Shown here: positions 33,696 to 44,287 of the stretch, one piece after another | Position numbering within the stretch: position 1 is the first letter of the stretch | How the letters are laid out: every line of letters begins with the position of its first letter | Assembly (NCBI GenBank): GCA_009921245.1 | Contig: RFXW01000001.1 | Span: forward strand, 7-64,006 | DNA from: Candidatus Fonsibacter lacus | Lineage (GTDB): Bacteria > Pseudomonadota > Gammaproteobacteria > Burkholderiales > Burkholderiaceae_C | DNA length: 64,000 nucleotides | Reading direction: 5' to 3' | The notes under the pieces: generated by a model | Seen by the model: the letters and a program-made list of their open reading frames with translations, nothing else | The model's database searches: none | What the model was told of the DNA's origin: nothing | Translations under genes and position numbers: made by a program

Positions 33696-34919
33696 CTAAG
33701 AGGACTCCATGTGTTGCATGCGCCGCCCCACCCCAATGGCCGCCAACGCCACCACCGAGCCCACCAGGCCATTGATCCAGTAGCCCTGCACCTGCCCCAT
33801 GGCGTTGGTGTGGATGAGGTAGCCCCCCACAAAGGTGGCCAGGCCCATGGCCAGCGACTGCACGGCACCGTTGAGGGCCATGAAAGTGCCGCGCAGCGCC
33901 GGCACGGCCGCGGCCGACACCAAGGCCATCACGGGAACCAAGCGGCCACTGACCACCACAAAAAACACCGTGCTTACCCCCACCACCACGGCAAAGGGCA
34001 CCTCGGGCAGGGTGGTCAGCGCCATCAGCGGCAACGCCGTGAGCGCGGCCAGGCGTTCGTACACCCAGCGCTTGCCGCGGGCGTCGGCCCAACGCCCCAA
34101 TTGGCGCGAAGTAAAAAAGGTAACCACGCCGCCGATCAGGTACATCCACGGCAACTGCTCGGTGCGCACGCCGACGTTGCTTTGCAAGTAGATGGTGATG
34201 TAAGGAATCACGGTGAACCCCACCCCAACATTCAAGGCGGTAAAAGCGAAGGCCCGCCGGTGGTTGGGCGCTTGCAACACCTGCCACCAGCGTTTGGCCA
34301 CGGCTTTGGCCCCGGGTGGCGGGCCCTGGGCCGCCAAGTGCCCGTCCAGCGCCGGCAGTTGCACCGCCGCCAACAGCAGCAACGCGGCGCTTAAGCCAGC
34401 GAGCATCACAAAGGGTGCGTGCCACTGCCACGCCGAGGCCAGCCACAGGCTCACTGGCACCCCTGCCACCGTGGTGAGTGAAAAAGCCGACATCAACACC
34501 CCCATGGCGCGACCCCGGCGCTCAAACGGCACCACCTCGGCAATGATGAGCTGCGCCAGCGTAAACAACACCCCGCCAAACATGCCAGCGGCCACACGGG
34601 CCAACATCAGCCACGCGTAACTGGGGGCGTAAGCGCAAGCCAAGGTGGCCAAGGCAAAACCACTGTAAAGCACCATCAGCACATGTTTGCGGCCAAAGCG
34701 GTCAATAAAAAACGAGGCCAACAGGCTGGAGCACCCGGCCGCCAAGGTATACGCCGACACCAGCAAGCCAAAAGCCGCAGGGGTGATGCCAAACAATGCG
34801 GTCAGCTGCGGCCCCAGCGGCATCATGATCATGAAATCTAAAGTGTGCGTCAGCTGAATGCCGGCCAAGGTCACCAGCAGCCAGCGCTCGCGCCCCGGCG
34901 CCATTACCGCGTTGTCCAT
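33696..34919 (-). CDS. MFS transporter
   Basis: Many hydrophobic segments, motif A DRFGRK, LDFMIMMPLGP, PFERRGRAMG. Confidence 0.88.
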   Translation of the reverse strand: MDNAVMAPGRERWLLVTLAGIQLTHTLDFMIMMPLGPQLTALFGITPAAFGLLVSAYTLAAGCSSLLASFFIDRFGRKHVLMVLYSGFALATLACAYAPSYAWLMLARVAAGMFGGVLFTLAQLIIAEVVPFERRGRAMGVLMSAFSLTTVAGVPVSLWLASAWQWHAPFVMLAGLSAALLLLAAVQLPALDGHLAAQGPPPGAKAVAKRWWQVLQAPNHRRAFAFTALNVGVGFTVIPYITIYLQSNVGVRTEQLPWMYLIGGVVTFFTSRQLGRWADARGKRWVYERLAALTALPLMALTTLPEVPFAVVVGVSTVFFVVVSGRLVPVMALVSAAAVPALRGTFMALNGAVQSLAMGLATFVGGYLIHTNAMGQVQGYWINGLVGSVVALAAIGVGRRMQHMESS

Positions 34920-34965
34920 TCAAAATATCCTAAGCAAGGGTTACCACTAATGTAACGGACAGCGA

Positions 34966-35131
34966 TGCGATAATGCACTTTTGTTAAACGAAAAAACCAT
35001 GGAACCTAGCCCAAGTTGCTAGCTTTCGGTCGAGTTTGTTGGGCGCCTAACCAGCGCCCGTGCATGGTCAGGCCGAAAGCGTCCCACGCCCACGCCGCCC
35101 TTTGGCGCACCCGCTTGCCCCGGAGTCTGAC
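34966..35131 (+). promoter_or_regulatory. corA promoter and structured 5' leader with uORF (34999-35022, MEPSPSC)
   Basis: TGcGATAAT extended -10 at 34966-34974; uORF; nested stems 35022-35080; C-rich tract 35081-35121. Confidence 0.5.
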
Positions 35132-36118
35132 ATGCTCAACGTCTTTACGCTTACCCACGGTCGCTTGGTTCAAGACGAAATTGAATCGTTTGCCGACTTG
35201 GCGCAACTGCAACCCATTTGGGTTGACATGGAATCGCCCACCGAGGATGAGCAGCGCTGGGTAAAAAGCCACTTTGGCCTGGATATGCCAGACGATGTCA
35301 TGGCCGACGACATCGAGGAGTCGGCCCGCTTTTACGAAGAAGACAACGGCGAGTGGCACATTCGCAGCGATTTCTTAATCGCCGACGAAGACCATCCGCA
35401 CACCGCACGCGTGGCCTTTGTGCTGCGCCAAACCCATGGCGCCCCAGACTCACCTGGTGTGTTGTTTTCGATTCACGAAGAAGATCTACCCGTTTTTCGG
35501 CTGCTGCGCCTGCGCGCGCGTCGCATGCCTGGCCTGACAGAAGACGCCAAAGATGTGTTGCTGATGCTGTTTGACACCGACGCCGAGTACTCGGCCGACG
35601 TGCTCGAGACCCTTTATGACGAGTTGGAGGCCAGCAGCCGTTTGGTGCTGGAAGGCAACGTAGACGACGAGGTGGCCAGCACGGTGCTGGCCGCGATTGC
35701 ACGCAACGAAGACATGTCGGGGCGCATTCGGCGCAACGTCATGGACACCCGCCGCGCCGTGAGCTTTTTAATGCGCAGCCGTTTGCTAAGCGCAGGGCAA
35801 TTTGAAGACGCCCGCCAAATCTTGCGCGATCTGGATTCGCTCGACTCGCACACCACGTTCGTATTTGAAAAAATTAACTTTCTGATGGATGCCACGGTGG
35901 GCTTCATTAACATCAACCAAAACAAGATCATCAAGCTTTTTTCGGTTGCCAGCGTCGCGCTGCTTCCGCCCACCATGGTGGCAAGCCTGTACGGCATGAA
36001 CTTTCAGTTCATGCCCGAGCTGCAGTGGAAATACGGTTATTTGTTTGCCCTGGGTCTGATGGCGGCGTCGGCCGCGCTGCCCATGATTTACTTCAGGCGA
36101 CGCGGCTGGCTGAAATAA
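35132..36118 (+). CDS. corA: Magnesium/cobalt transporter CorA
   Basis: LPPT...YGMNF signature, MPEL, two C-terminal TMs; SD GGAG before ATG 35132. Confidence 0.95.
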   Translation: MLNVFTLTHGRLVQDEIESFADLAQLQPIWVDMESPTEDEQRWVKSHFGLDMPDDVMADDIEESARFYEEDNGEWHIRSDFLIADEDHPHTARVAFVLRQTHGAPDSPGVLFSIHEEDLPVFRLLRLRARRMPGLTEDAKDVLLMLFDTDAEYSADVLETLYDELEASSRLVLEGNVDDEVASTVLAAIARNEDMSGRIRRNVMDTRRAVSFLMRSRLLSAGQFEDARQILRDLDSLDSHTTFVFEKINFLMDATVGFININQNKIIKLFSVASVALLPPTMVASLYGMNFQFMPELQWKYGYLFALGLMAASAALPMIYFRRRGWLK

Positions 36119-36142
36119 GCCTGCGCCCGCTCGCTGGCGGTC

Positions 36143-37807
36143 CTAAGCGCTGCGTAACGCGCGGCGCAAGATTTTGCCCACCGGGGTTTTGGGCAATTCC
36201 GTTCGATACTCGATTCGGCGCGGCACTTTATAAGCGGTTAGGTGTTCGCGGCAATGCCTCAAGATGGTCTGGTCGGTCAGCGACGCGTCTTTGCGCACCA
36301 CCACCAGCCTTACCGATTCACCCGTTTCATCGTTTGGATCACCCACCGCCGCGCACTCGAGTACGCCGGGCACTTGGGCAACCACCTCTTCGATCTCGTT
36401 GGGGTAAACATTGAAGCCAGAGACCAAAATCATGTCTTTTTTGCGGTCGGCATCCATCACCCCGATGTCACCCGATTTAAAGTAGCCGTCGGCGGTCATG
36501 ACCTTGGCGGTTTCGTCTGGGCGCTGCCAATACCCCGCCATCAATTGCGGGCCCTTGATGGCAATTTCACCCGCCTCGCCTGGGGCGCAGGGGCGGCCGT
36601 CGTCGTCCAAAATTTTCATATCGGTGCCGGGGATCGGCACACCGATGGTGCCCGAAAATTCGCTGCTGTCGACTGGGTTGCAACAGGCCGAAGGCGAGGT
36701 TTCCGATAAGCCGTAACCTTCGCAAATGGCACACCCTGTTTTGTCCCGCCACTGGCGTGCCACCGCTTCTTGCACGGCCATGCCGCCGCCGAGTGAGACA
36801 CACAAATGAGACCAATCCACTTGGTCAAAGTCGGGGTGATTGACCAAACCATTGAACAAGGTGTTCACCGCCGGCAGCTGATGAAACACATGCCGGCTGA
36901 GTTCTTTCAACGTGGCCGATAGATCACGCGGGTTGGGGATAAGAATATTTTTTGCCCCCACGCGCATGCCCAGCATCATGTTGATGGTGAAAGCAAAAAT
37001 GTGATACAGCGGCAACGCGCACACGTAGGTGGGCTGCTGGTGCGCGGGAATGCGCTTTAACGCTGGGGCGTTCCATGCCTCCGATTGCAGCAAGTTGGCC
37101 ACGATGTTGCGGTGCTGCAGCACCGCACCCTTGCTCACGCCGGTGGTGCCGCCGGTGTATTGCAGCACGGCCACGTCTTGCGGCCCTGGCTTGGCAGGGG
37201 TCCAGGCTTGCTTGGCACCCCGGCGTAAGGCCTCGTTAAAGCGTACCGCGTGCGGCAACTCAAACGCCGGCACCAACCGCTTCACGCGACGCACCACATG
37301 ATTCACGACGCCGCCCTTGATCAGCCCCAAGCTGTCGCCCATGGCGGCCAGCAGCACATGCTTAACCGGTGTTTGCGGCATGCATGCTTGCAACGTGGCC
37401 GCAAAATTCTCCAGTATCACGATCACCGTGGCGCCGGCATCGTGCAGCTGATGTTGCAACTCACGCGCGGTGTACAGCGGGTTGACGTTGACCACCACAA
37501 AACCCGCACGCAACACCGCCGCCACCGCGATGGGGTATTGCGGCACATTGGGCAGCATGATGGCCACGCGATCGCCCTTGGCCAGGCCCAAGCCTTGGAG
37601 GTAGGCGGCCAGGGCTTGCGAACGCTGGTCGATGTCGCGGTATCGGATGTCTTTGCCTAAAAAGCTGTACGCGGCGCGCGAACCGTAAGCGGCAAAGCTG
37701 TTGTCCATGAGTTCCACCAGCGATTGGTACTGGTGGACATCGACATCAGCGGGCACCCCCTCGGGGTAGGCGCTTAGCCATGGGCGCTCAGCGGTGGCGG
37801 CGGGCAT
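36143..37807 (-). CDS. fadD: Long-chain fatty acid--CoA ligase (short in-frame deletion near the hinge)
   Basis: YTGGTTGVSKG, GYGLSE, SGD, RKKDMILVSGFNVYPNEIE, PKTPVGKILRR. Confidence 0.88.
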   Translation of the reverse strand: MPAATAERPWLSAYPEGVPADVDVHQYQSLVELMDNSFAAYGSRAAYSFLGKDIRYRDIDQRSQALAAYLQGLGLAKGDRVAIMLPNVPQYPIAVAAVLRAGFVVVNVNPLYTARELQHQLHDAGATVIVILENFAATLQACMPQTPVKHVLLAAMGDSLGLIKGGVVNHVVRRVKRLVPAFELPHAVRFNEALRRGAKQAWTPAKPGPQDVAVLQYTGGTTGVSKGAVLQHRNIVANLLQSEAWNAPALKRIPAHQQPTYVCALPLYHIFAFTINMMLGMRVGAKNILIPNPRDLSATLKELSRHVFHQLPAVNTLFNGLVNHPDFDQVDWSHLCVSLGGGMAVQEAVARQWRDKTGCAICEGYGLSETSPSACCNPVDSSEFSGTIGVPIPGTDMKILDDDGRPCAPGEAGEIAIKGPQLMAGYWQRPDETAKVMTADGYFKSGDIGVMDADRKKDMILVSGFNVYPNEIEEVVAQVPGVLECAAVGDPNDETGESVRLVVVRKDASLTDQTILRHCREHLTAYKVPRRIEYRTELPKTPVGKILRRALRSA

Positions 37808-37939
37808 GCAAAGGTCTCCAACAACACGGCCGGCAACAGCCCCGTTTGGGCCGTTACCTTGCTTGCATTGTGTGGGCAGACAGCGCCCGCCTGCCCTATG
37901 GCTTTCCCTTACACGCGGCTGACACCGCCTGCGCCAGCG

Positions 37940-39940
37940 CTAGTGGGTATTGGCCAGTTGCTCAAGAATGGCTGGGTTCTCCAGCGTGGAGACGTCTTGG
38001 GTGATCGCCTCACCTTTGGCAATCGCGCGCAACAAACGCCGCATGATTTTTCCTGAGCGGGTTTTGGGCAAGTTTTCACCAAAGCGGATTTCTTTGGGCT
38101 TGGCAATCGGCCCAATCTCTTTGGCAACCCAATTGCGCAACTCGGTGGCCAGTTGCTTGCCTTCGTCGCCAGTGGGCAGCGCACGCTTGAGCACCACAAA
38201 CGCCACAATGGCCTCGCCGGTGGTGTCGTCGGGCCGACCCACCACGGCGGCTTCGGCAACCAAATCGGTTTTGGCCACCAAAGCCGACTCAATTTCCATG
38301 GTCCCCAGCCGATGGCCCGAAACGTTGAGCACGTCGTCAATACGGCCCGTGATGCGGAAATACCCACGATCGGCGCTGCGTACCGCGCCGTCACCGGCCA
38401 AGTACATGGTGCCACCCAACTCGGGCGGAAAGTACGATGCCTTAAACCGCTGCGGGTCGCCCCAAATGTTGCGAATCATGCTTGGCCATGGTTTTTTAAT
38501 CACCAACATGCCGCCGGAGCCGTTGGGCATGTCGTTGCCGCTTTCGTCCACAATCGCTGCAGCAATGCCAGGCAAGGGCAAGGTGCACGACCCTGGCACC
38601 AGCGGCGTGGCGCCCGGCAACGGGGTGATCATGTGCCCACCGGTTTCGGTTTGCCAAAACGTATCCACAATCGGGCACCGTTGCCCGCCCACGTGCTCGT
38701 GGTACCACATCCACGCCTCGGGGTTGATGGGCTCGCCGACCGAGCCCAGCAGGCGCAACGAACTTAGGTTGCTGTGCTTGGGGTGCACCGTGTCGTTGGT
38801 TTCGGCGGCTTTGATCAATGAGCGAATGGCCGTGGGCGCGGTGTAAAACACGGTGCAGCCATGGCGTTCAATCATGCGCCAAAAGCGCGAGGCATCGGGG
38901 TAGGTTGGCACACCCTCAAAAATAATTTGTGTCGCGCCCGCCGCCAACGGCCCGTACGCCACATAGCTGTGTCCGGTGATCCATCCAATGTCAGCGGTGC
39001 ACCAAAAGATATCGTTTGGCCGAATGTCAAACGTCCACTGCATGGTTAAGCGCGCCCACAGCAGGTACCCGGCGGTGCTGTGTTGCACACCTTTGGGCTT
39101 ACCGGTGGAGCCCGATGTGTACAAGATAAACAAGGGGTGCTCGGCCTCTACCACCTCGGGCGCGCACTGACTGGGCTGACCCTGCAAGGCGTCGTGCAAC
39201 CATAGGTCGCGACCGGCTTGCATGTTGACCTCGGTGCCGGTGCGCCGATACACCAACACCTGGCGTAAGGTGTCGCAGCCACCCAAGCCAATCGCGTCGT
39301 CAACAATCGCCTTAAGGGGCAGCTCTTTGCCACCGCGCATTTGGTAGTTGGCGGTGATCACGGCCACCGCGCCGGCATCAATGATGCGCTCTTGCAACGC
39401 CTTGGCAGAAAACCCGCCAAATACCACCGAGTGCGTCGCGCCAATGCGCGCGCAGGCTTGCATGGCCACCACCCCTTCGATGGTCATGGGCATGTAAATC
39501 ACCACCCGATCGCCCTTTTGAATGCCCATGGCTTTTAACGCGTTGGCAAATTGCGCCACGCGCTCAAGCAGTTCGCGATAGGTCACCCGCGTCACCTGCC
39601 CGTCGTCGGACTCAAAAATAATGGCGGTTTTGGTCTCAACGTCGGTGCCCATGTGGCGATCCAAACAGTTGGCCGAGGCGTTCAGCTGGCCGTCTTCGAA
39701 CCAGCGGTAAAACGGCGCCTGCGCCGCGTTGAGCGTTTGCGTAAAGGGCTTGTGCCACACCAAGGTTTCGCGCGCCAAGCGCGCCCAAAACCCTTCGTAA
39801 TCGGTGTCGGCCTCGCGGCACAACGCGTGGTAGGCGTCCATGCCAGCAATGCAGGCACCTTGCTGAGCCGCGGCAGAGGGCTCAAATACCCGGTTCTCGA
39901 CCAAAACCGATTCAATCGCAGACGATGGCGTGTTGGACAT
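37940..39940 (-). CDS. acs: Acetyl-CoA synthetase
   Basis: [32 protein letters not shown]; SD GGAGG before ATG 39940. Confidence 0.97.
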   Translation of the reverse strand: MSNTPSSAIESVLVENRVFEPSAAAQQGACIAGMDAYHALCREADTDYEGFWARLARETLVWHKPFTQTLNAAQAPFYRWFEDGQLNASANCLDRHMGTDVETKTAIIFESDDGQVTRVTYRELLERVAQFANALKAMGIQKGDRVVIYMPMTIEGVVAMQACARIGATHSVVFGGFSAKALQERIIDAGAVAVITANYQMRGGKELPLKAIVDDAIGLGGCDTLRQVLVYRRTGTEVNMQAGRDLWLHDALQGQPSQCAPEVVEAEHPLFILYTSGSTGKPKGVQHSTAGYLLWARLTMQWTFDIRPNDIFWCTADIGWITGHSYVAYGPLAAGATQIIFEGVPTYPDASRFWRMIERHGCTVFYTAPTAIRSLIKAAETNDTVHPKHSNLSSLRLLGSVGEPINPEAWMWYHEHVGGQRCPIVDTFWQTETGGHMITPLPGATPLVPGSCTLPLPGIAAAIVDESGNDMPNGSGGMLVIKKPWPSMIRNIWGDPQRFKASYFPPELGGTMYLAGDGAVRSADRGYFRITGRIDDVLNVSGHRLGTMEIESALVAKTDLVAEAAVVGRPDDTTGEAIVAFVVLKRALPTGDEGKQLATELRNWVAKEIGPIAKPKEIRFGENLPKTRSGKIMRRLLRAIAKGEAITQDVSTLENPAILEQLANTH

Positions 39941-40043
39941 GATTGCCTCCCGTGTAGTCGCTGCGCCACCCCCTGTGGCGCCACCCGTCAAAGCGCCAAG
40001 TGTGTCGCCAGGCTCTTACCAATCACTTACACCGCGCCCGTCT

Positions 40044-41468
40044 TTACTCTACTGCCTTGGTGATGTCCTCGACAATTTTTTTGGCGTCGCCAAACACCAT
40101 CATGGTTTTGTCCATATAAAACAGCTCGTTGTCCAGGCCAGCATAGCCCGCGGCCATGGAGCGCTTGTTCACGATCACGGTCTTGGCTTTGTAGGCGTCG
40201 AGAATGGGCATGCCGTAAATGGGACTGCCTTTTTGCAGCGCCAATGGGTTAACCACGTCGTTGGCGCCCAGTACGATGGCCACGTCCGCTTGGCCAAATT
40301 CGGCGTTGATGTCTTCCATCTCAAACACTTGGTCGTAGGGCACCTCGGCCTCGGCGAGCAACACGTTCATGTGGCCCGGCATGCGGCCAGCCACCGGGTG
40401 AATGGCGTACTTCACCGAAATGCCATGCTCGGTGAGCTTATGTGCCAGCTCTTTAACCGCGTGCTGAGCCCGCGCCACCGCCAAGCCATAGCCCGGCACA
40501 ATCACCACAGTTTCGGCGTTTTGCAAAATAAATGCCGCATCGTCGGCGCTGCCTGATTTGACACTGCGCTGCTCGCCGCCACCGGTGACGCTGCCAGCGT
40601 CACCACCAAAGCCTCCCAAGATCACGCTAACAAACGAGCGGTTCATGGCTTTGCACATGATGTAGCTCAGAATCGCGCCCGACGAACCCACCAACGAGCC
40701 GGCAATGATCAGCATGCTGTTGTTGAGGCTAAAGCCAATGCCCGCAGCGGCCCAGCCCGAATAGCTGTTGAGCATGGAAACCACCACCGGCATGTCGGCG
40801 CCGCCAATCGGAATGATGATCAACACGCCCAGCACAAACGCCAGCGCCAGCATCAGGCCAAAAGCGCCAGGGTGCTCGGTGGCCGTAAAGTACAAACCCA
40901 ACGCAATGGTGGCCGCGCCAAGCAACGCATTGACCGCATGCTGCCCAGCAAACACCACCGGCGCGCCCTGAAAGAGCCGAAATTTGTATTTGCCAGAAAG
41001 TTTGCCAAACGCAATCACCGAGCCGCTGAACGTAATGGCGCCGATGGCTGCGCCCAAAAACAATTCAAGCCGGTTGCCTGTGGGAATCGCCGCGCCTTGG
41101 GCCAAGCCCGGCAGCATGGCATTGGGCTCGGCCACCGCAGCAATTGCAATGAACACCGCGGCCAAGCCAATCATGCTGTGCATGAAAGCCACCAACTCGG
41201 GCATTTTGGTCATTTCCACGCGACGCGCCATGACCGTGCCAACACCGCCACCCAGCACCAACCCCAACAACACCCAACCCAAGCCGGCGCCAGGGGCATC
41301 GGTAAGACGCGCCACCAACGCGGCGGTGGTGCCAATGGCAATCGCCATGCCAAGCATGCCGAACACGTTGCCACGGATGGATGTGGTGGGGTGCGACAGT
41401 CCTTTGAGCGCCTGAATAAAACACACGCTGGCCACCAAATAGAGCAGCGTGACAAGGTTCATGCTCAT
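40044..41468 (-). CDS. pntB: NAD(P) transhydrogenase subunit beta
   Basis: MPELVAFMHS, IGGADMPVVVSMLNSYSG, HPVAGRMPGHMNVLLAEA, GANDVVNP. Confidence 0.96.
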   Translation of the reverse strand: MSMNLVTLLYLVASVCFIQALKGLSHPTTSIRGNVFGMLGMAIAIGTTAALVARLTDAPGAGLGWVLLGLVLGGGVGTVMARRVEMTKMPELVAFMHSMIGLAAVFIAIAAVAEPNAMLPGLAQGAAIPTGNRLELFLGAAIGAITFSGSVIAFGKLSGKYKFRLFQGAPVVFAGQHAVNALLGAATIALGLYFTATEHPGAFGLMLALAFVLGVLIIIPIGGADMPVVVSMLNSYSGWAAAGIGFSLNNSMLIIAGSLVGSSGAILSYIMCKAMNRSFVSVILGGFGGDAGSVTGGGEQRSVKSGSADDAAFILQNAETVVIVPGYGLAVARAQHAVKELAHKLTEHGISVKYAIHPVAGRMPGHMNVLLAEAEVPYDQVFEMEDINAEFGQADVAIVLGANDVVNPLALQKGSPIYGMPILDAYKAKTVIVNKRSMAAGYAGLDNELFYMDKTMMVFGDAKKIVEDITKAVE

Positions 41469-41788
41469 GCCGCGCCCCCCTCTTGGGTGCTGCTTTTGCG
41501 TTCTTTTTTCTTGAACATGGCCAGCATGCGACGCGTGACCAAAAAGCCACCGAACACGTTCACCGAGGCCAGCGCCACCGCCAGCACCCCCATGGTTTTG
41601 CCCAGCCCAGTCTCGGTCAGCGCCGCGGCCAACATCGCGCCCACAATAACAATCGCGGAAACGGCGTTGGTCACCGCCATCAGCGGCGTGTGCAGCGCCG
41701 GCGTGACGTTCCACACCACGTGGTAGCCAACATAAATAGCCAACACAAAAATAATGAGGTTGATGATGGTGGGATTGATTGCATCCAT
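41465..41788 (-). CDS. pntAB: NAD(P) transhydrogenase subunit alpha, part 2 (membrane)
   Basis: VTPALHTPLMAVTNA, NVFGGFLVTRRML. Confidence 0.92.
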   Translation of the reverse strand: MDAINPTIINLIIFVLAIYVGYHVVWNVTPALHTPLMAVTNAVSAIVIVGAMLAAALTETGLGKTMGVLAVALASVNVFGGFLVTRRMLAMFKKKERKSSTQEGGAA

Positions 41789-41791
41789 GCC

Positions 41792-42919
41792 TTAACTCCT
41801 GGTTACCACGCCATCGCGCGCCACCAAACAGGCTGCGACGATGTCGTCTTCCATGTCAACCTTCACGCCATCGGCGCTGGCGATGAGCTTGAGAAAGTCC
41901 AAAACGTTGCGCGCGTAAAGCGCCGACGCGTCGGCCGGCACCCGCGCCGCCAGGTTGGTTAAGCCAACCACGTGCACACCGGCAACTTGTACCGTTTGCC
42001 CGGCTTGGGTGACGCGGCAGTTGCCGTCGTGCCCATTGGGGCCTCGCCCGGCGGCCAAGTCGACCACCACCGAGCCCGGCTTCATGGACTGCACCATGTC
42101 CTCGCTGACCAACGTGGGGGCGGCGCGCCCGGGAATCAGCGCGGTGGTGATGACCACATCGGCCAAAGCCACCCGTTTGGCGACCTCGGTTTGCTGTCGC
42201 GCCAGCCAACTCGGCGGCATGGGCTTGGCGTAACCGCCCACGCCTTCGGCTGCCTCACGTTCTTCGTCGGTTTCATAAGGTACATCGATGAACTTACCGC
42301 CCAACGACTCGACTTGCTCTTTAACCGAAGGGCGCACGTCAGAGGCTTCGATCACCGCCCCCAAACGTTTGGCCGTGGCAATCGCCTGCAAACCCGCCAC
42401 GCCCACCCCAAGCACCACCACGCGCGCCGCTTTCACGGTGCCCGCAGCCGTCATGAGCATGGGAAAAAACCGTCCATATTCGTTGGCCGCCAGCATCACC
42501 GCCTTGTAACCCGCAATATTGGCCTGGCTTGACAGCACATCCATGCTTTGCGCCCGCGTGGTTCGCGGCGCGGCTTCTAGGGCAAACGCGGTGATACCGG
42601 CTTGCGCCATGCGTTGCAAACCGTCGGTGTCGAATGGGTCCAGCATGCCCACCAGCGTGGCGCCAGCGCGCATGCCGGTGAGCTCAGACGCGGTGGCGGG
42701 GGCCACTTTAAGCACCAAGTCCGCGCCCCAGGCGCTGGCGGCGTCCACCACTTGCGCACCGACCTGGGTGTAAGCCTCATCGGGCGCACTGGCTGCCACA
42801 CCCGCGCCACTTTGCACATTGACTTGGTGACCCTGAGCGATCAGCTTTTTGGCCGTCTCAGGCGTGACGGCAACACGTGTTTCGCCGGCGATGGTTTCGG
42901 CCGGGACACCGATTTGCAT
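41792..42919 (-). CDS. pntAA: NAD(P) transhydrogenase subunit alpha, part 1 (NAD-binding)
   Basis: ETRVAVTP, QSMDVLSSQAN, GVGVAGLQA, TTALIPGRAAP. Confidence 0.95.
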   Translation of the reverse strand: MQIGVPAETIAGETRVAVTPETAKKLIAQGHQVNVQSGAGVAASAPDEAYTQVGAQVVDAASAWGADLVLKVAPATASELTGMRAGATLVGMLDPFDTDGLQRMAQAGITAFALEAAPRTTRAQSMDVLSSQANIAGYKAVMLAANEYGRFFPMLMTAAGTVKAARVVVLGVGVAGLQAIATAKRLGAVIEASDVRPSVKEQVESLGGKFIDVPYETDEEREAAEGVGGYAKPMPPSWLARQQTEVAKRVALADVVITTALIPGRAAPTLVSEDMVQSMKPGSVVVDLAAGRGPNGHDGNCRVTQAGQTVQVAGVHVVGLTNLAARVPADASALYARNVLDFLKLIASADGVKVDMEDDIVAACLVARDGVVTRS

Positions 42920-43027
42920 GGTTATGCCTCCTGGAATGGGCGGCTCAAGCCGCCGGCTGACAAGCCAACATTATCAACCATGCACCGGCGTGGGGCGTGT
43001 CGCGCGCCTGCCGCGATAATGCCGGCC

Positions 43028-43534
43028 ATGGGAGCAACACGCTGGAGTCCGAGCGTAACCGTGGCAGCCGTCATGGCGCGCGACGACGGGCGGTATTTGT
43101 TGATTGAAGAACAAACGCCCGAGGGGCTGCGGCTCAACAACCCAGCCGGTCACCTGGAGCCGGGCGAAACGCCGGCCCAGGGTTGCGCCCGCGAGGCTCA
43201 AGAAGAAAGTGCCTACGCCTTTACGCCCACGGCGTTGGTCGGGGTGTACCTGGCGCGTTTTGTGCGCCAGTTGCCACACCAAGCGGCGCAAGACATCACC
43301 TATGTGCGTTTCGCGTTTGACGGGCAGGTGGGGGCGCACAACCCACAGCAAGCGCTGGATGAGGGCATTGTGGCCAGCCATTGGATGACGCTGGATGAGG
43401 TTCGCGCCAGCGCTGCGCGGCACCGCAGCCCGTTGGTGCTGCGCTGCATAGAAGACCACGCCAACGGCCAACGGCTGCCGCTGGCGGCGGTGTCGGTGGA
43501 CCCGTCGGTGTGGCAGCTGGGCGCGCTGCGATGA
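43028..43534 (+). CDS. nudJ: NUDIX hydrolase (NudJ-like)
   Basis: PSVTVAA, Nudix box PAGHLEPGE...AREAQEES, RSPLV; upstream of mnmA. Confidence 0.82.
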   Translation: MGATRWSPSVTVAAVMARDDGRYLLIEEQTPEGLRLNNPAGHLEPGETPAQGCAREAQEESAYAFTPTALVGVYLARFVRQLPHQAAQDITYVRFAFDGQVGAHNPQQALDEGIVASHWMTLDEVRASAARHRSPLVLRCIEDHANGQRLPLAAVSVDPSVWQLGALR

Positions 43535-44283
43535 GCTGGGGCACCGACCTGTTGCTGTTCGTTGCGGCTTTGCTGGCCGGGGTGCTCAACGCCATGGCGG
43601 GCGGCGGAACGTTTATTACCTTTCCGGCGTTGGTGTGGGCCGGCGTGCCGCCGGTTGCCGCCAACGCCACCAGCACCTTGGCGGCTTTTCCAGGCTACGC
43701 CAGCAGCAGTTGGGGGTTTCGCGGCGAACTCGCCGCCCTGCCAAGACGCACGGTGATGATTGAATTGGCGATTGCCGCGGGCGGCGGGGTGCTGGGTGCC
43801 ACGCTGCTGCTGTTTACACCTGCAGCGGCGTTTAACCACTTGGTGCCATGGCTGCTGCTGTTTGCAACCGTGGCGTTTGTGTTGGCCCCCAGACTGCAGG
43901 CGTTGCACGCCATGCAACACCGCGCGGCGCGCTGGCGCCGTCCTGGGCTGATGCTGGCTTCCATTTACGGCGGCTACTTCAACGGTGGTTTGGGCATTGT
44001 CTTGATGGCGGTGTACAGCGTGTGCGGCGAACGCCTTAATGCCTCCAATGCGCTGAAAAATTTGCTCTCGGCGGTGCTGGCCATATGGTCGGTGGTGGCG
44101 TTTACGCTGGCCGGACTGATTGCCTGGCGCGCCGCGCTGGTGATGATGGTGGCCACCACGCTGGGCGGGTTATGGGGCGCCTCGCTGGCGCAGCGCTTGC
44201 CCACGCAACGGGTGCGCTGGGTGGTGATTGCCACCGGCGGCTTGATGACCGTGGCCTTTTTTGTCAGGGCTTACGGCGCGTAA
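43531..44283 (+). CDS. TauE/SafE (TSUP) family membrane transporter
   Basis: [32 protein letters not shown]; hydrophobic. Confidence 0.85.
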   Translation: MSWGTDLLLFVAALLAGVLNAMAGGGTFITFPALVWAGVPPVAANATSTLAAFPGYASSSWGFRGELAALPRRTVMIELAIAAGGGVLGATLLLFTPAAAFNHLVPWLLLFATVAFVLAPRLQALHAMQHRAARWRRPGLMLASIYGGYFNGGLGIVLMAVYSVCGERLNASNALKNLLSAVLAIWSVVAFTLAGLIAWRAALVMMVATTLGGLWGASLAQRLPTQRVRWVVIATGGLMTVAFFVRAYGA

Positions 44284-44287
44284 CAGC

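Noticed and set aside
42602-43027. N-terminal extensions in the ORF track (nudJ, also trpG, hprK, pntB, purC, corA, uvrA, dsbA)
   Set aside because: They mostly overlap neighbouring genes or leaders; downstream starts have SD or -10 support and match family N-termini
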